Source: Candidatus Eiseniibacteriota bacterium
Lineage (GTDB): Bacteria; Arandabacterota; Arandabacteria; Arandabacterales; Arandabacteraceae
Assembly: GCA_043810925.1 (NCBI GenBank)
Contig: JBDRNT010000104.1
Location: 14,242-78,241, forward strand
Direction of reading: 5' to 3'
DNA length: 64,000 nucleotides
The notes beneath the pieces are model-generated. The model saw only the letters and a list, made by a program, of their open reading frames with translations. It was not told where the DNA came from and did not search any database. Shown here piece after piece: positions 36,033 through 44,909 of the stretch; the first letter of the stretch is position 1, and the number at the start of each line of letters is the position of its first letter. Position numbers and translations under genes: made by a program.

Positions 36033-37466
36033 ATGACAGGAAACGGTGCAGGTGGGAGTCAGATTTCGGCACGAGAGATACTTACCGTCATCTTCAGACG
36101 GAAGATCCCTATCATTCTCTGTGCAGTCGTGGTGGCGGCGGCCGCGCTCAGCGCGGCATCTCGCACAACATCCGTCTATCAGGCAACAGCCAAGGTGTTG
36201 CTGAGAAGGACCGGTGCGCACCCGCTCGCGACCACATGGACACCGTTCTACGGACTCGAGGAGGAGATGAACACCGAGGTCGAGTTGGTCAACACCACAA
36301 CCGTGCTGGAGCGTGCCCTGGAGATCCTCAGTGAAAGAAAGGTATATCTGCATGTAGCGGTAGGTGACAGCCAGATTGCGAAGGCCCCGACTGTGGGCGA
36401 TCTCCGGGCCGGTATCGCCGCCTACCCTGTCGAGATGTCAAACGTGATGCTGATCCGTTACACGGGAGCCGACCCGGACTTCGTCGGCGAGGCAGCCAAC
36501 GCGATTGCCAGCGCGTACGTCGAGTATCGCGTACATGTGAGGAAATCGGGCGACATGAAAGACTTCTTTGAGGACCAGCTGGCCCTGGTTCAAGCCAGGC
36601 TTATGGACCTTACAGAAAACGAGCTCGCGCTGAGGAAACAGGGGGGGATCTACGACCTTGAGTGGCAGTACCAGACTGCGATTGCCCGGAGCAGTGAACT
36701 TAAGGAGACGTGGGCCGGGGTTAAGAGCCAGAGGATCGCCGAGGAGCAGAAACTCCGTCTGATAAGGGACCGACTCAAGAAAGAACCGGATCTCATGGTG
36801 CCGTTTTCCGACATTCTCAAGACCGGGTTTGGCGTACAGATGATGTCGGAGTACTGGGGACTGATGAGACAGCGTGACGAGAAAGCCACATATCTGACCG
36901 AGTCAAACCCTGAGGTTAAGATGCTGGACACCCGGATTGCGAAGATGAGAGAAAGGTTCCGGGAGGAGGTCGAACGCAGGATCAAGGAGAAGGAGTTCCT
37001 GGTAGAGGATCTCAAGGCTGAGGAAAAGGGATTTGAAGCATCCGTACAGGAGATCGACGACGCGCTGAGACAGACTCCCAACGAGGTTGTCCAGATTCAA
37101 CACCTGGAAAAGGAGATACATTTCACCTACACCCACTACGACAAAGTCCTCGACAAGATGTTGGACGCAGTAGCTGCCGAGGCCGACGACATAAGAACTT
37201 CCACTGCGAAGGTCATAAGTCCTGCGATTGCCCAGTCCACCAGGGCCGGCCAGATGCAGGGCGTATACGTTGCATTCTCGATCATGCTCGGGATAACGCT
37301 GGGCATAGGTTTCGGGTTCCTGCTTGAGAACCTCGATCACTCGGTGAAGTCAGCAGCCGACGTGGAAGACAACATCGGGGTCCCGCTTCTGGGTTCAATA
37401 CCCCAGAGCAGGAAGATGGCCGGGTTGACGAACAGGGTCGACAGGACATTTCGACGGAACTCGTAA
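36033..37466 (+). CDS. polysaccharide chain-length determinant (Wzz/GumC family)
   Basis: 477 aa. N-terminal TM (IPIILCAVVVAAAALSAA), a long coiled-coil periplasmic region, and a C-terminal TM (VYVAFSIMLGITLGIGFGFLL). Confidence 0.8.
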   Translation: MTGNGAGGSQISAREILTVIFRRKIPIILCAVVVAAAALSAASRTTSVYQATAKVLLRRTGAHPLATTWTPFYGLEEEMNTEVELVNTTTVLERALEILSERKVYLHVAVGDSQIAKAPTVGDLRAGIAAYPVEMSNVMLIRYTGADPDFVGEAANAIASAYVEYRVHVRKSGDMKDFFEDQLALVQARLMDLTENELALRKQGGIYDLEWQYQTAIARSSELKETWAGVKSQRIAEEQKLRLIRDRLKKEPDLMVPFSDILKTGFGVQMMSEYWGLMRQRDEKATYLTESNPEVKMLDTRIAKMRERFREEVERRIKEKEFLVEDLKAEEKGFEASVQEIDDALRQTPNEVVQIQHLEKEIHFTYTHYDKVLDKMLDAVAAEADDIRTSTAKVISPAIAQSTRAGQMQGVYVAFSIMLGITLGIGFGFLLENLDHSVKSAADVEDNIGVPLLGSIPQSRKMAGLTNRVDRTFRRNS

Positions 37467-37478
37467 CGAGGAATCCAA

Positions 37479-38171
37479 ATGGGAGACGGGAAGAAGAAAA
37501 GAGTTACACCGGACAAGAGGTCGGAGGAAGCGGCCGGCCGGATCTTGTCGACGGAGGCTTTCTCCTATTACAGGGGACTGATCGGACAGATCGAAATCGC
37601 ACTGCCCCGGCAGTCCTCGCGGGTCTTGCTCGTTTCGAGCTCGATCGCAGGTGAGGGAACCACGGAGACGGTAGTCGGTCTGGGTCTTACGCTTGCCGTG
37701 GTGCTGGGCAGGAAGACAGCCATAGTCGACTGCAATTCTCATCATCCGGACCTGCACACGAGGTTCGGGACGCCGAAAGAGGGGCTGAACGAGTACCTCC
37801 AGGGTGAGATCCCTATCGAACGGGCTCTGGTGAATACAACCGTCCCCAACCTGCATGTAATGCCGCTCGGCGAGAACTTCGACACTCTCACTTCATATGA
37901 CGAAGGAGATCTTGAGAAATTCGTCACAGCACTTCGGGAGAAGTTCGACTATGTGCTCGTGGATTCCGCCCCGGTGGGCGTCAACCCAGAGTCGGTTGCT
38001 CTGTGCGACAAAGTCGATGCAGTAGTCCTGGTCGTCAAACACGGCAAAACCAGACGTGAAGTGGTCATGAGAACCAGAGAGATAATCGAGAGGGCCGGCG
38101 GCAAACTGCTCGGAGTAGTGTTCAACAAGAGGACTTTTCCCATACCGGATTTCGTGTACCGAAGACTATAG
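37479..38171 (+). CDS. BY-kinase (CpsD/Wzc C-terminal)-like P-loop protein with degenerate Walker A
   Basis: 230 aa. Walker A position reads SSIAGEGTTET (Thr where the Lys is expected; ACC at 37659-37661). A'-like IVDCNSHHP and B-like DYVLVDSAP are retained. Only one Tyr in the C-terminal tail (FVYRRL). Confidence 0.7.
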   Translation: MGDGKKKRVTPDKRSEEAAGRILSTEAFSYYRGLIGQIEIALPRQSSRVLLVSSSIAGEGTTETVVGLGLTLAVVLGRKTAIVDCNSHHPDLHTRFGTPKEGLNEYLQGEIPIERALVNTTVPNLHVMPLGENFDTLTSYDEGDLEKFVTALREKFDYVLVDSAPVGVNPESVALCDKVDAVVLVVKHGKTRREVVMRTREIIERAGGKLLGVVFNKRTFPIPDFVYRRL

Positions 38172-38173
38172 CT

Positions 38174-39715
38174 GTGCTCCTGCAGGGGGGGGAGGGGCAT
38201 TTCTTGATACATGGATTGAGTCATAGGAGCGTTGAGGCACCCCTGAAAGTGTTTCTGGCTGCGTCCGTTGTGATCGGCGTGGTGTTGCGCTACGTGCACT
38301 TGGGAGGGCAGAGTCTCTGGGTCGATGAGATGCTGACAATTGTGAACTCACACATTGGGACGGCGATGTCCGCGTCGGATGTGTTCCGGAATCTTCAGGG
38401 TCCCCTGATTTCCCTGATGATGCACGTTTGGGGCGCAATAGGGTCCGGCGAAGCGTTCCTGCGCCTGCCTTTCGCACTGGCCGGCGGTCTCACCGTCGTG
38501 GCGGTATTTTACCTGGCCAGGTATCTCACAGGCACCTGGGCGGCCCTGCACACAACATTCTTCGTAGCGATCTCGCCCATGCTGCTGTGGTATTCGCAGG
38601 AGGTGAGAGGCTACGTGTTCGTGGTTCTCTTCGGCGTATTGATGACATACTTCCTTGTCAGATGGATGGCCAGACCGTCGGCAAGAGATATTGTTCTCTA
38701 CGGAGTTTTCCTGTTTGCAGCACTCGTCTCGAACCTGAGCGCGGCTTTCATTGCGTTTGCTCACTTCCTCTACCTCTTGCTGGCACCGTCGAGGAGGAGG
38801 CTGCTTGGCAAGTGGATAGTTGCGATCTTCGTCGTACTGCTTGTCTTCTCGCCGTGGGTTCGTGAGATAATGGTAAGGGTGCATCCCGAAAAGGTAGTCA
38901 CCGGTGATACGGGAACACCTTTGAGGGGGGGGGCCGAGCTTTCCGCCATGGCTGTGCCGTACTCCTTCTTCGCATACAGCGTAGGTTATTCCCTCGGCCC
39001 GTCACTCAGGGATCTCAAGACGAGAAGAGCCGAAGCCGTCAGGGAGAACGTCCACTGGATCGTACTGGCCGCTGCCGTGTTTGCCGTACCGGGAATCGCA
39101 GGTTTCAGAAGCATGCTGCGCGCCAGGCCGAATCTCCTGCTGCTGCTTGTTCTGTGGCTGGTTGTGCCGTTTCTGGCTGTGATCGCCCTGGTGGCCGGGA
39201 ACGTTAAGGTTTTTACCCCGCGCTATGCGCTTGTGGCTTTCCCCGCATACGCTCTTATCATAGGGCAGGGGCTTTCCGTCATCTCAAGGAGTCGGTTTTG
39301 GGTCATCACCGTGGTCCTGGCCGGTCTCTTGAGCATATCGATATACAACTATTTCTCTTCACCCGCATACGGTAAGGATGACGCGAGGTCGGCGGCGCAG
39401 TTTATCGCCGAGGATCTGAGGGAGAAGGATGTGGTCGCAGGCGTATACACCGCGGAGCCGCTGGCACACTATCTTGAAGGTACGGTTGAGGTGGAGACTT
39501 TTGGTGCGGGTGATGTGAGTTCTCCTGAGAACATGGCCGCACGCTGCCGTTCGATTTCCGAAGGTGCCGGCCGGGTCTGGCTCAGCCTGTGCGGTGAGTG
39601 GCTTGTCGACCCGGGGGGGAACATCAGGCGCTGGTTCGATGTCAACATGGATCTCGTGGCATTACATGAGTTCCCGGGTATTCAAGTCTGTCTTTATGAA
39701 ACACGGAGTGAGTAG
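38174..39715 (+). CDS. GT-C fold membrane glycosyltransferase (GT39/ArnT-PMT-like)
   Basis: 513 aa, ~10 TMs. First-loop motif GGQSLWVDEMLT, plus RLPFALAGGLTVV and SQEVRGY. Alternative start TTG 38204 follows GGGAGGGG. Confidence 0.72.
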   Translation: MLLQGGEGHFLIHGLSHRSVEAPLKVFLAASVVIGVVLRYVHLGGQSLWVDEMLTIVNSHIGTAMSASDVFRNLQGPLISLMMHVWGAIGSGEAFLRLPFALAGGLTVVAVFYLARYLTGTWAALHTTFFVAISPMLLWYSQEVRGYVFVVLFGVLMTYFLVRWMARPSARDIVLYGVFLFAALVSNLSAAFIAFAHFLYLLLAPSRRRLLGKWIVAIFVVLLVFSPWVREIMVRVHPEKVVTGDTGTPLRGGAELSAMAVPYSFFAYSVGYSLGPSLRDLKTRRAEAVRENVHWIVLAAAVFAVPGIAGFRSMLRARPNLLLLLVLWLVVPFLAVIALVAGNVKVFTPRYALVAFPAYALIIGQGLSVISRSRFWVITVVLAGLLSISIYNYFSSPAYGKDDARSAAQFIAEDLREKDVVAGVYTAEPLAHYLEGTVEVETFGAGDVSSPENMAARCRSISEGAGRVWLSLCGEWLVDPGGNIRRWFDVNMDLVALHEFPGIQVCLYETRSE

Positions 39716-39718
39716 GAA

Positions 39719-41230
39719 TTGAGAGCGTTAGCACAGAGAGCAGAGGCCTTCAAGGCGCCGGGGATGTTTGTGGTCCTTGCGGTGCTTTCGGTGGTCATAG
39801 GCGTGACGGCCGGCTCTCGTGCGAGTTTTGACTTCAAGACCTTCTTTTACACCGTGGTGCTCTCCAACGTACTCGTGATTGCTTATCTACTACTGATCAA
39901 GAACATGGCGTACGGGGTACTTATATACCTCTATTCGCTGGTCTTCCTGAACTACTACTGGCGGATCGTGATTCCGGGTATCTGGCCCGACATAGACATC
40001 CCGCGGCTGGTATTTGTTTTTATCTGGATTATCTTCCTGCTTGAGGTCGGGGTGGGGGGTAGGCGTTTGCTGCCCCGAACCAGGATCGAACCGGCGATGA
40101 TGGCCATGTTGGCCGCAATACTGATCTCGATGAACACCAACGGTCAGGTCTTCATCAGGCAGATGTTGAACGGGTTCGCCGTTCCTTATGCGATGTTCAT
40201 AATCGCCAAGAACGTGTTTGTCAGCCAGGATGGGCTGATCAAGTTCATTCGCTGGCTTGCCATCCCGTTGTCAATATACTTCCCCGTCAATCATATGTTC
40301 GAACACTACAGAATCACACAGCTGGTCTTTCCCAAGTTCATTCTCAATCCGGCGATTGCCGGCCGTGAGGTGTTCTGGGGCGAAAGGACCATGGGTGTTT
40401 TCCTTCAGCCCTCCGTGACAGGGATGGTGATGGTTTCGATGTTTGTCCTCAGCCTCTACAGCCTTTCAAAAATAAGGGGTACCCTGTCGAAGCTTCTGTC
40501 ATGGTTTCTGACCGGGCTGACACCAGTCGCCGTCTTCTTCAGCTATACGAGATCGGTTTACCTTGGTTTCTTCCTGGCTATGATGACGCTCCTGATCTTC
40601 TCGCGAAAACTGAAGATCTACGCACTTGTCATACTTGTGGGCATGGCGCTGGGTATCATGGGTAACTGGTCGAATGTTACCAGTGAGGATCGAAGCGCCG
40701 GAGGCGTCGGGACAAAGTCTACCGCTGTGGGCAGACTCACGCTTCTCCAGGCATCCATGTCGATGTTTGTCGATCGCCCGCTTTTCGGCGTGGGATTTCA
40801 GAACTTCAGGAAGTACGCGGAGCCGTATGTCCGGCAGGTGCGGACAACGCTTCTCGGGTACCGCGAAACATGGATCGGCAAAGATGTCAGCCAGCACAAT
40901 CACTTCTTGCATATTCTGACTGAGACGGGATTGATGGGCTTCATCCCGCTGATACTGGTCTGGTTCTTCGTGTTGCGGGCCATAATACGCGCACGATCGG
41001 TAGCCGCAAGCCTCTACGATTCCGACTTCGTCGTGGTGGTCTGGGCGGTGTTCGCGCAGTATCTCACCAACTCCATGTTCATGGAGCCGAGATGGTTTGA
41101 GTTTATGAATGCTCTACCATATCTTCTTGCCGGCATCGTGGTCGGCGGATACCAGAGAGCAACGCTGCCCGGACTTAACGGCAGCATGGCAGTTGAAAGG
41201 AGTGTACCACGTGAAGGTCCCGTTCGTTGA
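39719..41230 (+). CDS. O-antigen ligase / Wzy-like polymerase family membrane protein
   Basis: 503 aa, polytopic. Wzy_C-type segment SYTRSVYLGFFLAMMTLLIF and the periplasmic-loop motif SQHNHFLHILTETGLMGF. Confidence 0.75.
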   Translation: MRALAQRAEAFKAPGMFVVLAVLSVVIGVTAGSRASFDFKTFFYTVVLSNVLVIAYLLLIKNMAYGVLIYLYSLVFLNYYWRIVIPGIWPDIDIPRLVFVFIWIIFLLEVGVGGRRLLPRTRIEPAMMAMLAAILISMNTNGQVFIRQMLNGFAVPYAMFIIAKNVFVSQDGLIKFIRWLAIPLSIYFPVNHMFEHYRITQLVFPKFILNPAIAGREVFWGERTMGVFLQPSVTGMVMVSMFVLSLYSLSKIRGTLSKLLSWFLTGLTPVAVFFSYTRSVYLGFFLAMMTLLIFSRKLKIYALVILVGMALGIMGNWSNVTSEDRSAGGVGTKSTAVGRLTLLQASMSMFVDRPLFGVGFQNFRKYAEPYVRQVRTTLLGYRETWIGKDVSQHNHFLHILTETGLMGFIPLILVWFFVLRAIIRARSVAASLYDSDFVVVVWAVFAQYLTNSMFMEPRWFEFMNALPYLLAGIVVGGYQRATLPGLNGSMAVERSVPREGPVR

Positions 41231-42320
41231 CCTCAAGGCGCAGTATGCGGCCATGAAAGAGGAAGTCAACGCGTCGATCATGGAGGTTGTCGAAAACACG
41301 GCATTTGTGGGCGGCAAGTACGTTGATCAGTTTGAGAAAGAGTTCGCGGCGTTTTGCGGGCGTAAGTACGCCGTCGGCATGAGCTCGGGTACCACAGCCC
41401 TGCAGCTTGCGCTTCTCGGGTTGGGTGTAGAACCCGGTGACGAGGTAATAACCGCGGCCAATACGTTCATAGCCACAACGGAAGCCATAACCCATGCAAG
41501 GTGTTCCGTCAGGCTTGTTGATGCCGATGCACGGAGCTTCAATATCGATCCGACATTGATTGAGGCCGCTATCACTGAGCGGACCAGGGTTCTTATCCCG
41601 GTTCACCTGTACGGTCAGACAGCGGATATGGATGCAATCATGGAGATCGCAAAGAGACACGACCTCCTGGTGTTGGAGGACGCAGCCCAGGCCCAGGGTG
41701 CCGGGTACAAGGGTAAGATGGCGGGCTCGCTGGGGGATGCCGGTTCGTTCAGCTTCTACCCGGCCAAAAACCTGGGTGCCTACGGCGATGCGGGCATCGT
41801 GGTCACCGACGATAAGGCGGTTGCGGACCGGATACGGCTGCTGTCCAATCACGGCAGACGGAGTGCCACAGATCACTCGGTCGAGGGTTTCAATGAGCGG
41901 CTTGACGGAATCCAGGCGGCGGTCTTGAGCACCAAGCTGCCCAGGCTCAAGAAGTGGAACGACATGAGACGGGAGGCTGCGGGGCGTTACAACAAGCTCC
42001 TGAGCGATCTTGACGTCGTCACTCCTGAGGAGATGCCTTATGCAAAGCATATTTACCACCTCTATGTGATCAGAGTCCGTGAGCGAGACAGGGTGAGGGA
42101 GGCCATGGCCGAGAAGGGAGTAGGCTGCGGCATGCACTACCCCATACCCATACACCTGCTTGATGCATACAAGCGCCTCGGTAAGGGCGCGGGTTCATAT
42201 CCTGTGACCGAGAAGGTTGCCTCTGAGATCCTCTCGCTGCCGATGTTCCCTGAGATTACGGCGGAGCAGCAGGAGTATGTTGCACAGTCGTTGGCTGAGG
42301 TACTTAAGAAGGTAGGATAG
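41211..42320 (+). CDS. DegT/DnrJ/EryC1/StrS family PLP-dependent sugar aminotransferase (WbpE/GnnB-like)
   Basis: AAAGGAG-N8-GTG start (VKVPFVDLKAQY). Motifs GDEVITAANTFIAT, SFSFYPAKNLGAYGDAG and LSLPMFPE. Confidence 0.9.
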   Translation: MKVPFVDLKAQYAAMKEEVNASIMEVVENTAFVGGKYVDQFEKEFAAFCGRKYAVGMSSGTTALQLALLGLGVEPGDEVITAANTFIATTEAITHARCSVRLVDADARSFNIDPTLIEAAITERTRVLIPVHLYGQTADMDAIMEIAKRHDLLVLEDAAQAQGAGYKGKMAGSLGDAGSFSFYPAKNLGAYGDAGIVVTDDKAVADRIRLLSNHGRRSATDHSVEGFNERLDGIQAAVLSTKLPRLKKWNDMRREAAGRYNKLLSDLDVVTPEEMPYAKHIYHLYVIRVRERDRVREAMAEKGVGCGMHYPIPIHLLDAYKRLGKGAGSYPVTEKVASEILSLPMFPEITAEQQEYVAQSLAEVLKKVG

Positions 42321-43841
42321 ATGCACGTAATCCAGAACAGAAACACCGGCCCGAAGAGCACCCGGAGCGCTGCGCCTTCGCAGCCGGGCCGGCGTAGCAT
42401 CCTTACCAGGGGTTACTTCCTGTGGATGCTTGATGTTGGTTGCCTGTGTCTTTCCCTTTACCTGGCGTACTGGGTGAGGATCGGTTCGGGTCTGTTCGGG
42501 GCCAGGGGCGACTTCGATGTCGATCAGGGACTTGCCCTCATCGTGATCAACCTGGCCTGGACCGCCATATTCGCCGTAGAGGGTCTCTACAGACGTGCAA
42601 AGTTGATAGCCGGTCTCGACCAGGTGATCTCGATCGGGAAGAGCATCACACTCGGGTTCCTGCTCCTTCTGGCGCTTTCTTTTGTCTGGAAGCGCTATTA
42701 CTTCGTAGAAACACGCTTGATCCTTGCCGTTGGGTGGGGGCTGAGCATAGCTCTCCTCACGCTTGTCAGGGTGGGCATAGTCAGAGGTTTTCTGCGGACA
42801 CGGATGAGACACGCCGATGGTGTGAGAAGAGCGGCCGTGGTCGGAGCTATCCCTTTTGCCAGGAGATTCATAGGCAAGAACATGTCCCCCGACAACGGCT
42901 ACCGGGTTGTGGGGTTCGTGGAAACCCATGACGGCGAGATCTCCTCGGATCTTGGCCCGGAACACGTCCTCGGCAGAATAAGTGCTCTGGACGATATCGT
43001 CAACGAGCATGAGATCGAGGAGATATTCCTGCCCATTGCGCTGCTTGAGAACAGGTACTGTTTCGACATAGTCTCCAAGTGTTCCAGAACCGGATTGCCG
43101 GTCAGACTGGTCTCAGACATCTTCGAGATCCTGATGCCGGAGGAACCCAAGGAAAAGGTCGACGGCGTCCCGAGAACCGGCTTCGGCGAACCTGCCCTTA
43201 AGGGGGCAGGGGTAGTTACCAAGAGGATCATGGATCTCGGCATGTCGCTGCTGGCGCTGGTGGTTTTCCTGCCGCTCTTCGTCCTGATCGCATTCCTGGT
43301 CAAGGCGTTCTCCCCCGGACCTGTTCTCTTCAGACAGATCAGAGCGGGTAAGGACGGACGCCCCTTCACATTCTACAAGTTCAGGACAATGCGGCATGAC
43401 ATCGACGATACACTTCACAGGGAATATGCAACCAACTTTATAGGCGGCAAGGAACTGCGCCTGAGAGATGAGGCAAGCGACAAGAAGATTTACAAGATGC
43501 CTGATGATCCTCGTATCACGACTATTGGGAAGATCCTCAGGAAGACAAGTCTTGACGAGATGCCCCAGGTGTTTAACGTTATAAGAGGTGATATGAGCCT
43601 CGTCGGCCCAAGACCGCCCATTGCGTATGAGTTGACGATATACAAGGAGTGGCATAAGCGGAGATTGCGTGCTAAGCCCGGGATCACCGGCTTATGGCAG
43701 GTTAGCGGCAGGTCCAGCGTTCCGTTTCATGACATGGTACTGCTTGACTTGTACTACATCAATCGCTGGAGCCTGCCTCTTGACATTGAGATAATCGTCA
43801 AGACGGTTCCCGTGATACTGTCTGGGAAAGGAGCATACTAG
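42321..43841 (+). CDS. exopolysaccharide priming polyprenyl-phosphate glycosyl-1-phosphate transferase (WbaP/EpsB type)
   Basis: 506 aa. Four N-terminal TMs, a linker domain, and the bacterial sugar transferase domain KRIMDLGMSLLALVVFLPLF...FRQIRAGKDGRPFTFYKFRTM...LVGPRPP. Confidence 0.9.
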   Translation: MHVIQNRNTGPKSTRSAAPSQPGRRSILTRGYFLWMLDVGCLCLSLYLAYWVRIGSGLFGARGDFDVDQGLALIVINLAWTAIFAVEGLYRRAKLIAGLDQVISIGKSITLGFLLLLALSFVWKRYYFVETRLILAVGWGLSIALLTLVRVGIVRGFLRTRMRHADGVRRAAVVGAIPFARRFIGKNMSPDNGYRVVGFVETHDGEISSDLGPEHVLGRISALDDIVNEHEIEEIFLPIALLENRYCFDIVSKCSRTGLPVRLVSDIFEILMPEEPKEKVDGVPRTGFGEPALKGAGVVTKRIMDLGMSLLALVVFLPLFVLIAFLVKAFSPGPVLFRQIRAGKDGRPFTFYKFRTMRHDIDDTLHREYATNFIGGKELRLRDEASDKKIYKMPDDPRITTIGKILRKTSLDEMPQVFNVIRGDMSLVGPRPPIAYELTIYKEWHKRRLRAKPGITGLWQVSGRSSVPFHDMVLLDLYYINRWSLPLDIEIIVKTVPVILSGKGAY

Positions 43842-44909
43842 ATGCCACAGCGTAAGACACCTCCAGCTAACAACAAGGTCGCTACGATAGGAGTGATTGG
43901 GTGTGGATACTGGGGTCCGAACCTCGTGAGGAACTTCAACCAGCTGCCTATCTCGAAGGTGAAGTACTGCAGTGACCTTGACGCCTCACGGCTTAAGCAC
44001 ATGAAGGCCTTGTATCCCAATGTGACTACTACAAACCGGTTCGAGGACCTGATCGATGACCCGGAGGTGGATGCTGTTGCCATCGCAACGCCTGTCTCAA
44101 CTCACCATCCGATTGCCAAGGCATGTCTCGAAGGCGGCAAGCACGTGCTGCTCGAGAAACCTCTCGCTGCAAGCATTGCCGAGGCGGAGAGCCTCATTGA
44201 GACTGCCGACCGGAACAAGAGGGTCCTCTTCACGGGCCATACGTTTGTCTACAATGCTGCAGTACAGAAGATGAGGGATCTGGTTGAAGCGGGCGAGCTG
44301 GGTGAGACCTTTTACATCAGCAGCATCCGTGTCAATCTCGGTTTGTTCCAGGAGGACATAAACGTCATCTGGGATCTGGCCCCCCATGACATCTCCATAC
44401 TCAACCACATTCTCGGCTGTGAACCGGTGACGGTGTCGACTTTTGCAAAGTCCTACATCAGGCCGGGGATAGAAGACGTGGCCTTTATAGCACTCCAGTA
44501 CCCGCGCGGGATCGTGGGCCACATTCATGTAAGCTGGCTCGATCCCTGCAAGATACGAAGGACAACACTCGTCGGAAGCAAGAAGATGCTGGTGTATGAC
44601 GACACGTCGCCGCTTGAGAAGATAAGGGTATACGACAAGGGCGTTACGATTCAACCGCACTATGATACCTTCGGCGAGTTTCAGCTGGCCTACAGATTCG
44701 GTGACATCATCGTACCCAAGATAAACGAGGTAGAACCGCTTAAGTCGGAATGCACTCACTTCATCGAGTGCATCGGCAACGGTGTATGCCCCAAGACCGA
44801 TGGAAGAGCAGGGCTCGCGGTCGTGAAGGTCGTAGAGCGGGCGTGCGAATCGGCGAAGCTCGGTGGAGCACCGCTTTCGCTCGAACGGTCCAAAGGGGGG
44901 AGTAAGTGA
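43842..44909 (+). CDS. Gfo/Idh/MocA family nucleotide-sugar oxidoreductase (WbpB-like)
   Basis: 355 aa. Rossmann motif IGVIGCGYWGPNLVRNF and EKP motif LLEKPLA. Confidence 0.8.
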   Translation: MPQRKTPPANNKVATIGVIGCGYWGPNLVRNFNQLPISKVKYCSDLDASRLKHMKALYPNVTTTNRFEDLIDDPEVDAVAIATPVSTHHPIAKACLEGGKHVLLEKPLAASIAEAESLIETADRNKRVLFTGHTFVYNAAVQKMRDLVEAGELGETFYISSIRVNLGLFQEDINVIWDLAPHDISILNHILGCEPVTVSTFAKSYIRPGIEDVAFIALQYPRGIVGHIHVSWLDPCKIRRTTLVGSKKMLVYDDTSPLEKIRVYDKGVTIQPHYDTFGEFQLAYRFGDIIVPKINEVEPLKSECTHFIECIGNGVCPKTDGRAGLAVVKVVERACESAKLGGAPLSLERSKGGSK

